From the human T2T-CHM13v2.0 reference genome, Homo sapiens: 64,000 nucleotides of DNA. Each line of letters begins with the position of its first letter. Position 1 is the first letter of the stretch. The translations under genes and the position numbers were made by a program. The stretch lies in the NCBI RefSeq assembly GCF_009914755.1, contig NC_060926.1; one strand, given 5' to 3'. This document shows positions 1-13,644 of this stretch, in pieces. The notes below the pieces were generated by a model. That model had not been told where the DNA came from, ran no database searches, and worked only from the letters and a program-made list of their open reading frames with translations.

Positions 1-978
1 ACTAATATAAAAGAAGGGAAAGTGAAATTTTAAATCTCAACAATTAGTATTTGTTGTATTACTATTCAAGAAATTTTATGTTTTCTATACTTGCAAAGTA
101 TAGAATACTATAATAAAAAAGATGTGTACCATTCTGCTCATATCATAAGCACATTTATATAATAAGGCATACTTCCTGCAGAAACTTCTCAATGGTTCTA
201 TTGAGATTGTGAGTGAAAGCATTAAGTAAATATTTTGAGACTTTTAAAAATATTTTCTACAAGATTTGATAATGCTAATTGTATATTTATACATTATTGC
301 ATCAACTGAATTTAGAAGTATACTTCACCTTTTTATAATTTTCCTTTTAATGATATAGTGATGCATGTATATTTATATCTTGATAAGGTCCCTTGAACTA
401 TGAATGAATCTTTTAGCTTTAAGTATTAAACTGCACAAGTATTGGGATACTGCCTTCCAAATATGTGTAGTAGACCTAGCCTACAAACAATCTAAAATGT
501 GCAATAAAGCTACTACATCTGTGAGGGCTGACCCAACACAATATTTTAGAAATTATCAGCTTTCTCCAGCTCATTTAGAGAAACAAAAATAAAAAATAAA
601 AACAACATGAATACGCTAAAGACTAAAAAACTTTTCTATAAAGTCCAAACTTTTGGTGAAATTTTCCTAAAAAGGTCAAGTGGATATTGACTTCGCTTTG
701 AATACTCATCATGACCCCAAAAATGTTTAGATGGAAATGCAGTGGGTGGAATTTTGCGTCAGCTTAAGAATCAGCACAAGCAGTTCCCATCCCTTGCCTT
801 TTGAGCATACTTCTGGCATCTTTCTGAACTTGTTTTTGTTAATACAAAGATTATAACTCCAACTCAATTTACTGTAGAGTATTTTAGAATCGCCGAATAA
901 TTAGTTTATTGACTTGGTTCTACCAAGTTCTATGCAAAGCTGACATTATTATGTACTCGGTTTATAGCCCTCCAACAC

Positions 979-1385
979 TTATGGGCTGAAATGTGCCCCC
1001 CTCCTACCCCAAATTTATATATTGAAGGCCTGACTAACCCCTAGTGCCTCAGAATGTGACTGTATTTGGAGACAGGGTCTTTAAAGAGATAATTAAGTTA
1101 AAATGAGGTCGCTAGGATGAGCCCTAATCCAATATAACTGGTGTCCTTATAAAAAGAAAAAATTTGGACATAGACATAGACATACATAGAAGGAAGGCCA
1201 TATAAAGGCATGAGGGAAGACAGCCATTTGCAAGCCCAGGAGAGAAGTCTCAGAAGAAACCAACACTGCTGACACCCTGATCTTGGACTTCTGGCCTCCA
1301 GGACTGTGAGAAAATATATTTTGGTTCTTCGTTTAAGCCACTGAATCTGTGTTACTGTGTTATAGCAGCCCCAGCAAACTAATAT
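979..1385 (+). mobile_element. MLT1 (ERVL-MaLR) solo LTR
   Basis: tatgggctgaaatgtgccccc...gaatgtgactgtatttggaga...cagcaaactaata, typical of MLT1. Confidence 0.85.
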
Positions 1386-1523
1386 GCCAACTCAGAAATA
1401 TTTTGAGAAGGCCTCCTCTGATGCAAAAACACATGTGTATTTTATCCTTCATTTTATCACAAGTCTGTAGATGATCACTCCAACATAAGACAACTTAAGC
1501 TTTCTTAGAAAGAAATTTATATA

Positions 1524-1947
1524 TAGTTGACCCTTGAACAATACAGGTTTGAACTGTATGGGTTCAAGTCCACTTATATGTGAATTTTCTTCTGCCTCTG
1601 ATACTCCTGGGACGGCAAGACCAACCCCTCCTCCTCCCTTTTCTTCTCCTCAGCCTACTCAACATGAAAATAATGAGGATGAAGACCTTTATAAAGATCC
1701 ACTTCCACTTAAATATATTTATCTTTCTATGATTTTGAAAACATTTTCTTTTTTCGAGCTTTATTATAGCAGTATATAATACATATGACATGCAAAGTGT
1801 GTGTTAATCAACCGTTTATGTTCATTGGTAAGGCTTCCAGTCAAGAGTAGGCTATTAATAAAGTTTTGGGGAGTAAAGTTACATGCGAGTTTTCAACTGT
1901 GCAGGGGGCCAGCACCCCTAATCCCTGCATTGTTCAAGAATCAACTG
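1524..1947. mobile_element. Tigger2-family MITE (Tigger2a/MER28-like)
   Basis: TIRs agttgacccttgaacaa ... ttgttcaagaatcaact. Confidence 0.75.
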
Positions 1948-1961
1948 TGTATGTGTGTCTA

Positions 1962-2425
1962 TAAATAGTTCCTGACTTATGATGGATTGACTTACTATTT
2001 TTTAAATTTTATGATGGTGCAAAAGTGATATGTGTTTAGTAGGAAATAATACTTCAAATTTTGAATTTTGTTCATTTCCCAGGCTAGCAATATGTGGTAT
2101 CTTGTGAAGTAGGGCAGCAGCAGTGAGCCACAGCTCCCAGTCAGCCACATAATCACAAGGGTAAATGATCAGTAGTCTACTCCACAGTGTATTATATTTA
2201 ATGACTTACATGATATATTCAACACTTTATTATAAAGTAGGCTTTGTGTTTGATGATTTTGCCCAATTATAGGCTAATGTAAGTGTTCTGAGCACATTTA
2301 AGGTAGGTCGGTTAAGCTATAATGTTTGGTAGGTTAGGTATACTGAATGCATTTTCTACCTAACAATATTTTCAACTTACATTGCATTTATCAGATGTAA
2401 CCCCATTGTAAACTGAGAAGGATCT
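1962..2425. mobile_element. MER47-like TcMar-Tigger element
   Basis: Ends gacttatgatgg and ttttcaacttac...gtaaccccattgtaa resemble MER47 termini. Confidence 0.6.
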
Positions 2426-2993
2426 CTCTCTACATATGTAAAGATAACAAAATACCCTAATGAGAAATAAGACAATGGCACTCCAAAACAGAAGCAGTAA
2501 CTACAGTAAAGAAGGATCTTATCTAAAGCCTTCAGAATTTAGCAATGAATCATAGCTTATGCAGAAGATAATAATGATAATACTACTTATAACATAGAAA
2601 CTGCAATCAATTCTCTTCTAGAAAGAGAGTTACAATATTATCACCATTTTTAAATGGTGACATAGGCTGCCCAGTTATATATGATTTAGGGATACTGATA
2701 ATAATAACAATATTTTGCAATAACAAAATAATAAAGCATTTACTGAATGCTCACTATATGCCAGGTTCTATACTAAAGTCTTACATGGTTTATCACCTTT
2801 AATACTCACAACAGACCTGTGAATTAGGTAATCCTAAAAATCAAGTTCAGAGATGCTACTGATAACCAATAGATTCAGAGCACTGCTACATACTAGATGA
2901 ACTGGAGCTGTTGGGCTGTTATAAAATCAAGTTTTTAAAAAGGCAGCTTGAATCCTTGGCCATCACGATGTCTACGGATTGTGAAAACCTTAC

Positions 2994-3486
2994 CTGATGG
3001 CGTTTCTAGATTGAAGGCATCCATAAGTTTTGACAATAGTTCTTGCAGTTCCTCTTCCTCCAGCTCATCCTTTCTCTCCTTGATGTTACCTGCCTCTTTC
3101 TTTTCCACGGCTGCCAGAGCAGGACTGCTCATTTCAGCAGGAACCATTTTGGGGATGTCCTGCTTCAGTCCCTCCTGATAACTGGGTAGGGCACTAATGA
3201 CTTTCTTTGGCATCTTTTGTGTTTGGCTTTGTGCCCTGGTGCTGTGCAAAGTGGTCTCTGGTGATTCTGGATTTCGCAGAGCATGCTCTGCATTTGTGTG
3301 ACTTCTGTGACTTCTGTCAACCTCATCAAGCTTAGGAAGAGGTTCCCCTGTTGAAGCATCTTCAGTGGCATTCTTGATCTGCAAATAATCCCCTCCCTTT
3401 GGAACCTTTTCAGTTGAAGAATGGTCAACCTTGTTCCCCACATTTTGAAAGGAAGAAGATGAAGGACCGGGTGGCTGCAACCTTGC
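2994..3486 (-). CDS. DYTN: DYTN exon 11 (ARLQPPG...FNLETPS), low-complexity C-terminal region
   Basis: ccccag|GCA...TCAG|gtaagg; matches ORF 2935-3498. Confidence 0.95.
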
Positions 3487-3926
3487 CTGGGGAAACAAAA
3501 CTTTATTTATGAAGAAATTAATGTTTATCTTACTTTTTCATAAATGCATTACATTTCAACATTCCAACAGAACATTCTAATGCAAGACTTTTCTTTCTCC
3601 TCTGTAAATATATTATCATTACTATTAATTTTAATTTATTCTGCTAATTCTATGTCAACCTAAAACTCTCTACAAGAGCTGGAACAGCTCAGATTCTAAA
3701 ATAACAGAGGGAATAATTACAAGAAATTTAGGAAAATTCTGGGTTCTAAAAAGCCCAAGTTCTAAAAATACCATAAGGAATTTCTGAAAACATAAGCATA
3801 TGTTGAATTGACAGATAAAAATTATCACAATAAAGCATTTTATAATAGTCTTTCTGGTAGGTGTGTTGTGAAGGGTTTCACAGTAAGCCACAGGGAGAAA
3901 ATCCAGGGATGTGCTCCGCTTGAAGC

Positions 3927-5710
<1,784 letters not shown>

Positions 5711-5958
5711 TATAAAGAATCACTTTGCCCCAAAGTCTATTGTTTGTAAATATTACAGATCCTGTTGTTTTTCAATGGCACTGCCTTCATGGAGGGATAG
5801 GATATAGCCTGGATGAGGAAATGGGAGGTCAGGGTACGGGGAGAAGAGGCAAGGGAAGAGGCTGATCAAAGTAAGGTGGGAAGCTCCTCCCTTGGCTGAA
5901 GGACTCAAGGTTAGACTTCCAGGCAGTCCAGATGGCCAGTGTCCCTCACATTTTATAC

Positions 5959-6118
5959 CTGTAGGTCCCGTCTTATCTGTTGTAGCTTGGTCCATAGACT
6001 ATCCTGGTTGGTTTTGAGTTTGTGAATCCTTGTTTCAAATCGACAAATTCTTTCTTCCTGGGAGGTGTATATAGCTTGCAACTTGTCTTTGTATTGGTTT
6101 AACTGTTTTTTAAGGAGC
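5959..6118 (-). CDS. DYTN: DYTN exon 10 (coiled coil, LLKKQLNQYKDKL...RRDLQ)
   Basis: cttttcag|G...CAG|gtataa; heptad-rich; phase 2 matches exon 9. Confidence 0.95.
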
Positions 6119-6245
6119 CTGAAAAGAGAACAGATTTGAGCGGTTTGGAAGGGCAAGAGGCCAGTACACTAATTAGAGCCCTGGTAAGATGTATTCCGGT
6201 CCTTTTTGTGGGAAAAGATCCTGGAAAACCCTGTGTCTCAACTGT

Positions 6246-6406
6246 GTTTTTTGTTGAGATGGAGCCTCGCTCTGTCACCTAGGCTGGAGAATGCAGTGGC
6301 GCGATCTTGGTTCACTGCAACCTCTGCCTCTTGGGTTCAAGTGATTCTCCTGCCTCAGCCTCCTGAGTAGCTGGGATTACAGGTGCACACCACCATGCCT
6401 GGCTAT
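6246..6406 (-). mobile_element. Truncated Alu (right arm) with 24-bp flanking direct repeat
   Basis: Alu right-arm sequence; tggaaaaccctgtg(t/c)ctcaactgt at 6222-6245 and 6407-6430. Confidence 0.88.
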
Positions 6407-6821
6407 TGGAAAACCCTGTGCCTCAACTGTTATCTCACATTGATCAATATTGTTGACACTGTTTGTTCACCATGTGCAGCTGCCTTTGTGTGTATTATGG
6501 ATATGATTCTACTAAGCATTCCACTGGCTTTAGAAGTATTTCAGAAAACTCACCACGCATATTACAGATTACTTTTGACAGCTTCCCTCTACTGGCTACT
6601 TAAATAGGAATATTGACTTTATACACTATCCTTTTGTCTAGAAATACTCCATTCAGAATGATAGTACACCCGTCATGGCTAAACACCCAACGCTTGACCA
6701 GGAACACAGGGGAGGAAGAATATTGCAGTTCATGGATTGTAGGTCTGCTTTGGCTTCTCTTTTTGTCTAGTTGTTCATTGGTTTAAGAATGAACCAAGAA
6801 GTTGGGTGCACTCACTCATGG

Positions 6822-6852
<31 letters not shown>
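6822..6852. repeat. (TG)n microsatellite
   Basis: Direct reading. Confidence 0.95.
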
Positions 6853-6853
<1 letters not shown>

Positions 6854-6854
6854 T

Positions 6855-6939
6855 ATCTTAGTGCTTTAGGAGGCCAAGTTGGGGTATCCCTTGAGGCCAG
6901 GAAATTGAGACCAGCCTAGGCAACATGGCAAGACCTCAT

Positions 6940-6986
<47 letters not shown>

Positions 6987-7135
6987 CTGAGTGCGGTGGC
7001 ACCTGTAGTCACAGCTACTTAGAAGGCTGAGTCAAGAGGATCACTTGAGCCCAGGAGTTAGAGGTTACAGTGAGCTATAACTGCACCACTGCTCTCCAGC
7101 CTGGCTGACAGAGAGAGACCCTGTCTCTAAAAAAA
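6855..7135 (+). mobile_element. Alu (AluJ-like) with (CA)n in the middle linker (6944-6978)
   Basis: Alu dimer; linker replaced by a CA run. Confidence 0.9.
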
Positions 7136-7169
7136 TATGAACCAAGTAGTCAAGGTAATCAGGGCAATT

Positions 7170-7625
7170 CTTTAAAACAAAAGTCAAGCTATGTTGCTCT
7201 TCTGCTCAGAACCCTCCAGGGGCTCCCTCTTCATTTAGAGTAAACAAAAGTCCTTACAGAGGTGGACAAGCCCCACAAAGACGGCACAGACCCCCCTTCC
7301 CTCTCTGACCTCATCTCTTGCTTTCCGGCTTATTCACTGCCCTGTGGCCATATGGAGCTCCTCGCTCCTCTTTGAACACCCCAGGTCTGTTCCCCACTTA
7401 GAGTCTGCTCTTCTGCTCCCTCTGCCTGGATGCTGTTTCTTCCCCAGCTCATTGCTCAGTTCCCTCCCCAACCTCCTTCAAGTCTTTGCTCTCAAGGCGC
7501 CTTTTCAGTGAGGCATTATCTCACTGCCCTACTTGAATACAAAAATGACAACCCCAACCTCTCCTCCAGCATGGCCAAACTCTTCCCTTCTTTACTTGTC
7601 TCTGTGGCATTCTGCCATGTCTAAT
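7170..7625. mobile_element. L2 fragment
   Basis: ctctgcctggatgct...ccttcaagtctttgctc motifs of the L2 3' region. Confidence 0.6.
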
Positions 7626-7771
7626 TACTACAGAGCCTGAAGAGTCCAGCCTTCAAATTTCTAGACAGCCATACACTGTGACAGACTATGGGCTTTACTT
7701 ATTATTTTACTTATATATTACCTACTCTACTCCTTAATTAATTGCTTATTGTCTATTTATTCTGGCAACTT

Positions 7772-7821
<50 letters not shown>
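7772..7821. repeat. (TG)n microsatellite
   Basis: Direct reading. Confidence 0.95.
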
Positions 7822-8791
7822 GACATGTCTTCTGGATCAGGCCTAAAATAGTTCCTGTCATATAGTAGGTTTACAACTAAAATTGTCTAAATAAAGTAAT
7901 TTTATTTGATCACTGCTGTTAGCATATTTGTGGAATTTGTGGAAATTGGCTGTCTGGTATGAAATGCAACATTTCTCAGTGTTAGAACCTGCGAAATTCC
8001 TAATTGCATAGAGCTTGGGGAGGTCTTGAAATTTAGTTTGGGCTCCCATGCAAAGCAGGCATCTCTGAAAGATAGCCCTCTAACTTCCAGACAGTCACAC
8101 ACAGGTGAAACAGGAGTCTGACTCTAAAATCCTTGCTCGTAATTGGAGTTTCAGGTATATCTTTATGATGGGTTTCTCAGAAAGGAGTCAGCCCAGGGAT
8201 TTTACACAGCCAACAACAAAAAAACATTCTCAGACAGCCTGTCTAAACAGTGTTCTCTGGACCCAAAGTGTTGTGCTTGTTATGACCACTAACGATGTCA
8301 GGCTCTCTCTTTTCCTCATGTTGTCCACCACCCATGTCTGCTTCCTCCACTCTGGCCTATCCACCAGGTCTGGACAACTAGAAGACATACATCCCTATCC
8401 TTCCACAATCCAGGTGAAAGAAGGTAGGACTCTGTCAGAAATCCAGTTCTTTTCTTCTTCTGCTTCTTTTTAAAGAAGAGATGCTTATGGGTTGTTTCTA
8501 GTAAATACAAATCACCTGGTGCCAATATTGCCAGCAACTGGGAGCCCAGGACTTTCCAGGCAATTATCTACTCATAACAAACAGTTCAGGTTATCTAAGA
8601 AATAATTCCTTTCAAACGACCTAAAATCTGCCTTTCTATACTTTTATATCTTTATCTGTATTCCTGCTTTCTGGTGGAGGCTAAGCAGCTTGAATCTCCC
8701 ATGTATTAACTGTTCAAATGAAAACACAAATACTCCCTAGGCAAGCTAATCATGCCCAAAGCAGTTAAATGTTATTTAATTTGTCCATTAC

Positions 8792-9165
8792 TGATATGGT
8801 TTGGCTGTGTCCCCACCCAAATTTCATCTTGAATTGTAATCCCCATAATCCCCACGTGTCAAGGGCAGGACCAGGTGGAGGTAATTAAATCATGAGGGCA
8901 GTTTTCCCCATGCTGTTCTCATGATAGTGAGTGAGTCTCACGAGATCTGATGGTTTTATAAGCATCTGGCGTTTCCCCCGCTTGTCCTCACTCCATCCTG
9001 CCACCCTGTGAAGAAGGTGTCTGCTTCTCCTTTGCCTTCCACCATGATTGTAAGTTTCCTGAGGCCTCCCCAGCAGTGTGGAACTGTGAGTCAATTAAAC
9101 CTCTTTGCTTTATAAATTACCCAGTCTCAGGCGTTTCTTCACAGCAGTGTGAGATTGGACTAATA
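8792..9165 (+). mobile_element. THE1 (ERVL-MaLR) solo LTR
   Basis: tgatatggtttggctgtgtccccacccaaat...ggactaata. Confidence 0.9.
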
Positions 9166-10579
9166 AATTTACCTAGCACAGTGTAGACTAATAATAGATA
9201 ACTAGTAATTGAATAGTACTCTTTCTGTTAATGTGTCTGAGACTGTTGCTTTTAAAATAATCAGTGACATAATTGACTATCAGTGAACTTGCAGTTAACT
9301 ACCACATATATCACAGGTCTTTTTCACACTACTTGTGCACATGGGCCTCCAATTGTGGGACTTTAATCCCTTAAAATTTGGTCTTTATTAACTGCCTCAC
9401 TATTCCAGTCTATTACATCTCAGTGATCCAAGACTGTAATTCAGTTTATTACCTAGGGGTTTTGGTATCATGTCACACACACATTTGAGAATTGGGCTGT
9501 CTACAGTTTCATCCAAATTATTGATAAAAATGATGGTGCAGACAGGAACAAAGATGGAGCTTCATGTTTTATTTCATTCAATAATCAGCCTTACACTTTG
9601 GTACACTTTGTAGTGATAAATACTTTAGCAGTATACAAATGCTGTAAATAGTAGACATGGATTATATCAAAGGGAATATTTAGTTTAAAATGATTCATTT
9701 TAAATAATCATTTTAAGAAGGTAAGTTAAAAAAACTAAATTTTAAAATTTGCTTTTATTTCTACATTTTCAATTTTAATATAGCCTTTCTAGTGCTTTAC
9801 TGCTTTAAAAATGTTTTCTAATTTCTTTTTCTTATTCCATGAAAAAGATGAAAACTACTTTTAATATTTAAATTATTTTGATACTTTAAAAGTGTTTATT
9901 GAACTCCTTTTCCTGAGTTATCACAGAATTTAGAAAATGTTTTATTTCTTCTGTACATTTAGATTAGGAAGCATATCTCATCATACATATATACATAGAA
10001 TTGCTAGTTTATTGGACATGTACTGGATATTAAGTATTGTGCCTGAAAACAAAGGTCTTCCCTCAGGGGAAACTTCTTACTGGGGAGCCAGGAATTCTGT
10101 CTTCTAAAGGAATAACAGCAGGAGCTAAGAGCTCAAGAGATGATTAGTTCCTTAAGACACAATAAGAAGATGATAGACAGTTTCCATTCAGCCTAATAAA
10201 CCTAGTAGAAAGTTAGAATGCTGTTGGATAACAAGTACTGATTTCTTTAGAAGAAGGTAAAACACATACATAACACAAGATATACACAAGAATCAATACT
10301 TCACTAAAAGTGCTTAACTAAATTCCAAGGAATAAAATCAGGCAATCGAAAGTCAAAACTTACTTAGCCTGGTCATTTTTGTTATGCTTAACTACTCAAA
10401 TACAGTCAAAGCTCCCTTTAACCTTCATATTGGAATCACAGGATTTCTTGGCTTAAAATTTTCTCCCAAATTAAAAAAAAATGGTAAAATTTTTGTAGAA
10501 AATTTTTCTCTAAAAGCAAAGGAAATGCTATGGATTTCTCTCTGTGGTCGGTATTTGCACATACTCATGTGGCTCCTAT

Positions 10580-10650
10580 CTTCTTTCTCTATGGAGAGCA
10601 TTAATGGATTCATGAGTCCTCGGCAGTTCATTCCTAGTGCTGACCATGGT
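10580..10650 (-). pseudogene. Candidate dead (relic) DYTN exon with GT>AT donor
   Basis: Strong acceptor tttatttcttccttctctag|ACC; open frame TMVSTRNELPRTHESINALHRER; ends AG|ATAGGA in phase 2, fitting exon 10. Confidence 0.65.
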
Positions 10651-13002
10651 CTAGAGAAGGAAGAAATAAAAAAATAAGTTTTTGGTTTGAATTTAATCCA
10701 CATCCTAAAAATCCATATAAGAACATGATAATTATGTTTTTCAAAGAAATTCAATCTATTTCAAAAAGTGGCTGCTGTTTGGGTTTACATTCGTGTATGA
10801 TGACGCAGATGTTTACATGCTCAAAGTACAACTGCATATCCAATTTCACAAAAGAAGTTAAAACAGTTTTAGGTTTTAGAAATAACGTCACAATAGTCTT
10901 TTGCTCAAGTTAAGTTGCTACCCTGAATGTCTTCTTCCCCAAAGGCATCTACAGGAAGCAGTTGAGTCACTTTCTTTCCCTTGGCTTAGGAAGTCTCTTA
11001 CTTCTACCATACACCTTTAACTTTCACTTTCTTGTCTTTCCTTTGCTTGCTACCTGCGTGTGCACTAAAGTCATCATTTCTTTTCAAATCCACCAAGTGT
11101 TTTGAATAAATAATGGTCAACTTGGCTGTCACTTAGGAATTCCCCACCAAACCTTGTCTCTTACATCACACTCTGCGCCCTGAACTGCAACCCCAGGACA
11201 AGTTCTGACCTGACCCAGTCTGGCCCAGGCTCCTGGGGCACCATGTTCCAGCCCTTGGCTCCCACACATCGGAATGAAAGATTGGATTTCATTACACTCC
11301 ATTTATAAACAGCTGTGGCTACAATCTGCAGTCTTCTCCCATCCCTGCAAATGATCTGAAGAGGGGCTGGCCATTTTAGGAACATTGTTGCACAGGAACA
11401 GCCTGAAAAAGCAAAAGGGCAGTAGCAGGAAGAAGAAACTGAACTATATACAGACTTAAAGTCGCATTCTCTGGTTGCTGTGTGCCCTTTGCAGCCCCTT
11501 TGAGTGAAATGTGCCACTGCCTCTTCATTCAAATACTTAAACAGCTTCCACGTGCATAGCATAGTCTTTGAATCAGCGAACTTTACATTATTTTTAAAAT
11601 AATTACAACTCAAATAATAATTGCAGAATATCATGGCTTTGTAAAATGACTGTACTCTCATAAGCCATTGTTTACCTCTATTCAGTCTCTATATATGGTG
11701 GAGATAGAGTAGGAAAAGTGTATACATATGCTATAAACTTATTTATGTGTTCTAACACTTAGGGAGAACAATGAAAAACCTTAAAATTCTCAAATAACTC
11801 AGTGATTTAATGTATATTGTTAATATGAAGAAAATCTTTAAAAGAATTTCTTGCACCAGTATTATGTGGTACATATTTTTCTGCAATTGAGAAGCATTTC
11901 AGGTTAGTGCAAATGGTGGTATATCCATAGAATAGACACTATGGTTTATTTAGTCATTCGCAATGAAAGCATAAGCTGTTTCCAATATTTCAAAATCTTC
12001 AAAATGAAAAGCAATGCTGTAGTAAACATAGCCGTATGTGCCTCCTTGTACACATGTGCAAGGTTCTTGGGTTTTAAGTTTAATAGACACTATCCATTTG
12101 CCCCTTTGGGCAGGTGCATGCGCGTACACACATACACACACACTCACACACTTGAAAATGCATAGAAAAAGATCTGCAAAGATATACTTCAAACAGATTA
12201 CCTCTGGGGAATTAGGGACTGGACCTGGGTTGAGAATTATGGTTGAAAAGGACCTTAGATTTATTTATAATATTTTAACTTCTTATACGTCAAACAGATT
12301 CATGTCTTATTTCTATGAAGTGCATTTTTTAATAAAAATATGTTATATACCTAAGATAGGATGTAGCAACTTTAATAATGAAGGTGAGAGGGAAGTAAAA
12401 GAAAAGTGAAATAAAGGAACAAAACAGCTCTTAAATTTCCTCCCTCAGAACAAATGGATGTTACAGTGAAGAAAAGCCTGAATTGTGAATGTTTTTCCAT
12501 CCTCGTTTGTTTGAAGCAGGAAATAGAGTAGCTCCTTATTTGTCCTCATACATCAGTCCAGCTCTCTGTCGCACACTCTAGCATGATGCCTGTGTCTTGG
12601 CAGGTGTCCCATGAGGGGTGTCTCCTGGTGTCCCAGTCTGTATGAGCTGATGAGTAAAATGCAGACAGGCCCAATAAAACATCACACACAGGTGGCCACT
12701 TGTCACTGGATGGTCACAAGACTTACTCTCCACTCACACTTAACTGCAATACGGAAACTCCAGTTTTTCTCTGACTATTACAGATGACCATATTCTGAAA
12801 ACCTTTCTTAAGCTCAGACTGTACTGATTATGATTGCACGAAAGCTTACAAGTGGAGTTACACATGTGGGGGCAAATAAACAGCTGATTGAAAACATGCT
12901 AAAGTATTTGCAGAATGTACACTTAAAAAAACATAGCATTTCTAATCTCTTTGATGAAAAAACTTCACTGGGATTTTTAAAGTTCACTCCCCCATCTTAT
13001 TT

Positions 13003-13272
13003 TTCTTTTTTAAAAAAACTTGCATTTTGAGTTCAGGGGTACATGTGCAGGATGCACAGGTTTGTTACGTAGGTAAATGTGTGTCATGGGGGTTGCTGTA
13101 CAGATTATTTCATCACCCAGGTATTAAGCTTAGTTTCCACTAGTTATTTTCCTGATCCTCTCCCTCCTCCCACCCTCTGCCCTCCAGTAGGCCCCAGTGT
13201 GTGTTGTTTCCCTCTATGCAACCATGTGTTCTCATCATTTAGCTCCCAAGCTCCCACTTGTAAGTGAGAATA
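13003..13272 (-). mobile_element. L1PA/PB 3' end
   Basis: ggggtacatgtgcagg...cccacttgtaagtgagaa. Confidence 0.88.
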
Positions 13273-13320
13273 TTTCTTTCTTATCTCTTCCCTTTTTAAA
13301 ATTTCTGAACATTTTACTGA

Positions 13321-13644
<324 letters not shown>

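Noticed and set aside
2935-2993. Exon 11 ORF reads through to GKVFTIRRHRDGQGFKLPF-stop, as a possible alternative C-terminus
   Set aside because: There is a strong donor (CAG|gtaagg) at 2994 and no convincing minus-strand poly(A) signal nearby; this is ordinary intron read-through.
11161-11661. 166-aa minus-strand ORF as an independent gene
   Set aside because: No recognisable domain; only the internal acceptor at 11402 is noteworthy and it is reported separately.
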